Assembly: GCA_965235115.1 (NCBI GenBank)
Contig: OZ249436.1
Span: 54,500,001-54,564,000 of the forward strand
Direction of reading: 5' to 3'
DNA: 64,000 nt
Source of the DNA: Laetmonice hystrix
Taxonomy: Eukaryota
Part shown: positions 61,881-64,000 of the stretch, in pieces
Position numbering within the stretch: the stretch's first letter is position 1
Layout: every line of letters begins with the position of its first letter
Notes under the pieces: generated by a model
Told to the model about the DNA's origin: nothing
Database searches by the model: none
The model's input: only the letters and a program-made list of their open reading frames with translations
Program-made: the position numbers and the translations under genes

Positions 61881-62447
61881 TATATTCCATATACCAATGG
61901 GAGGCGTGGACAGAATACTTGGGTAATGGTCTTTCCGGCACCCCCGCCCCTCCCCACACACTATGCTAGTATATACTGGTGCTGCAGCACTATAAAAATG
62001 GTAGACGCTAGTAGAGAAGGATGGTCTCCTCCGGAGTGGCGGCTTGCCTTCAGATAGACGCGGTCTGTCCTGTCTCGACATCACCCCTCCGGCGTCCAGT
62101 GGTTCGTCATTACAAGGTCCACGACACCCGTACCTTACACCAATAAACCCACCCCGGCTCTCGACGAGCTGACACTGCGTCTTTCTGCCACCATTTCAAC
62201 ACCGCTCCCGCCACCATCCTGGCAGCAGCTGCCACATATTTCTATGGTAACAAACCAATCTGATCCAATTTGAACCAGCAGCACGGCAGATGGTACAACC
62301 AAGCGGCATCTGCAGCCAAATAGAATCTGTCGGCGATGATATATCTTGGACCAACTCTTCCTATGACAGCCTGATGAAGCAGCCCGTGTGCCCAGAATCT
62401 GGCTAATCTACTTCAGAACAAGGCTGAGACATGGAATGCAAAACCTC

Positions 62448-63368
62448 CAGCACCCTGATACAAGCCTGACACACTGACTGCCAGAAAATCGTCCCCAGTA
62501 CCCTGGTACACGCCTGACACACTGACTGCCAGAAAATCGTCCCCAGTACCCTGGTACACGCCTGACACAAGGACGGCCAGAATTCGTCCCCAGTACCCTG
62601 GTACACGTACGCCTGACACACGGACTGCCAGAACATCGCCCCCAGTACCCTGGTACACGCCTGACACAAGGACTGCCAGAACATCGTCCTCAGTACCCTG
62701 GTACACGCCTGACACACGGACTGCCAGAACATCGCCCCCAGTACCCTGGTACACGCCTGACACACGGACTGCCAGAACATCGCCCCCAGTACCCTGGTAC
62801 ACGCCTGACACACGGACTGCCAGAACATCGCCCCCAGTACCCTGGTACACGCCTGACACACGGACTGCCAGAACATCGCCCCAGTACCCTGGTACACGCC
62901 TGACACACGGACTGCCAGAACATCGTCCTCAGTACCCTGGTACACGCCTGACACACGGACTGCCGGAACATCGCCCCCAGTACCCTGGTACACGCCTGAC
63001 ACACGGACGGCCAGAACATCGTCCCCAGTACCCTACCGTACACGCCTGACACAAGGACGGCCAGAACATCGTCCCCAGTACCCTGGTACACGCCTGACAC
63101 ACGGACTGCCAGAACATCGTCCCCAGTACCCTGGTACACGCCTGACACACGGACTGCCAGAACATCGCCCCCAGTACCCTGGTACACGCCTGACACACGG
63201 ACTGCCAGAACATCGTCCCCAGTACCCTGGTACACGCCTGACACCAGGACGGCCAGAATTTGTCTCCCGCGCCCTGACACAAGCCCGAGACACGGACTGC
63301 CAGACCTCGTCCCCAAACTGGACACACGGAATTCCGGAAGTTGTCCCTCGTAGCCTGGTACACGCCTG
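62448..63368. repeat. Minisatellite, ~48-bp unit cagtaccctggtacacgcctgacacacggactgccagaacatcgcccc, ~18 copies
   Basis: Directly visible; 16-aa ORF period (GTGGDVLAVRVSGVYQ). Confidence 0.96.
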
Positions 63369-64000
63369 GAGTGCGGACCCCGCGAAGCATAATGGCACAA
63401 ATCTCTAAAACGGCAGAAAAAATAAATAACTTAACCTCGGGTCCTCCATGGGGGTGGCTTCTTATGACCACCATCATATTTTGTCTCCAGAAATCCAAAG
63501 CAGCGTCGCAAATGGGGGATAATGGTTCGAGGGTATTAGAGTCAGAGGCAGTGCCGCAGTATTGTGGACAACGGCAACTCCGGACACATGTAATCGGACT
63601 CCAGCAGACCCGGCCTTGTCCAGGCTCTGTAGCGGACTCCATGCATGTCTGAGACCCCCCAAGGCGTTGTCATTTCTCATCACTGTCCATGCAGCCACTT
63701 CAAAGTCCCGAGTCTGGAATCCAATCTCTGGTGACGCCATTGACCATAAGTGGGCGGTAGTATGTACAATAATCCCGTCGGTCAAATGTAGAGCTCACCA
63801 AAAGGTTTCCAACCATGACATATAACATTGCCTTCTTTTGATGTAAAGTCTTTTCCTCATCATACAAATATTGCTACATTTGCCAACAATATATCTGGCT
63901 CGTCTAATAGGACTAAGCACATCTGATTTATTAATGTGATTTAGCGATTTCCCCCCTGAATCTTGGAAATATGTGACACATTCGTTAACCCTCCCCAAAC

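Noticed and set aside
57242..63642. Long repetitive ORFs and CRISPR-like periodicity at 57, 59 and 62-63 kb (also 20.5-21.3 kb)
   Set aside because: Head-to-tail repeats with no unique spacers and no cas genes, in a eukaryotic context.

Overview
Eukaryotic (invertebrate-animal-like) genomic DNA with GT-AG introns, a dense cluster of housekeeping genes and many non-autonomous DNA transposons. I reconstructed spliced models by hand for ANKRD54 (-), GPANK1 (+), PDRG1 (+), STK19/WHR1 (-), DXO (+), PLD6/zucchini (-) and TVP23 (+), plus the 3' five exons of PTCD1 (-). Gene names come from recalled family motifs, not database searches. Three observations stand out. (1) The ANKRD54 stop codon is UGA followed by CUA, a known leaky context, and is followed in frame by 305 uninterrupted sense codons that include a second copy of the ANKRD54 C-terminal helix motif, suggesting programmed stop-codon readthrough that doubles the protein. 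(2) The last coding exon of STK19 is tandemly present four times, and three copies keep a splice acceptor. (3) STK19 and DXO are head-to-head with GPANK1 nearby, as in the human MHC class III region. There is no CRISPR array, rRNA or tRNA. Most long ORFs in the track at 1-2.5 kb, 57 kb and 62-63 kb are minisatellite artefacts.
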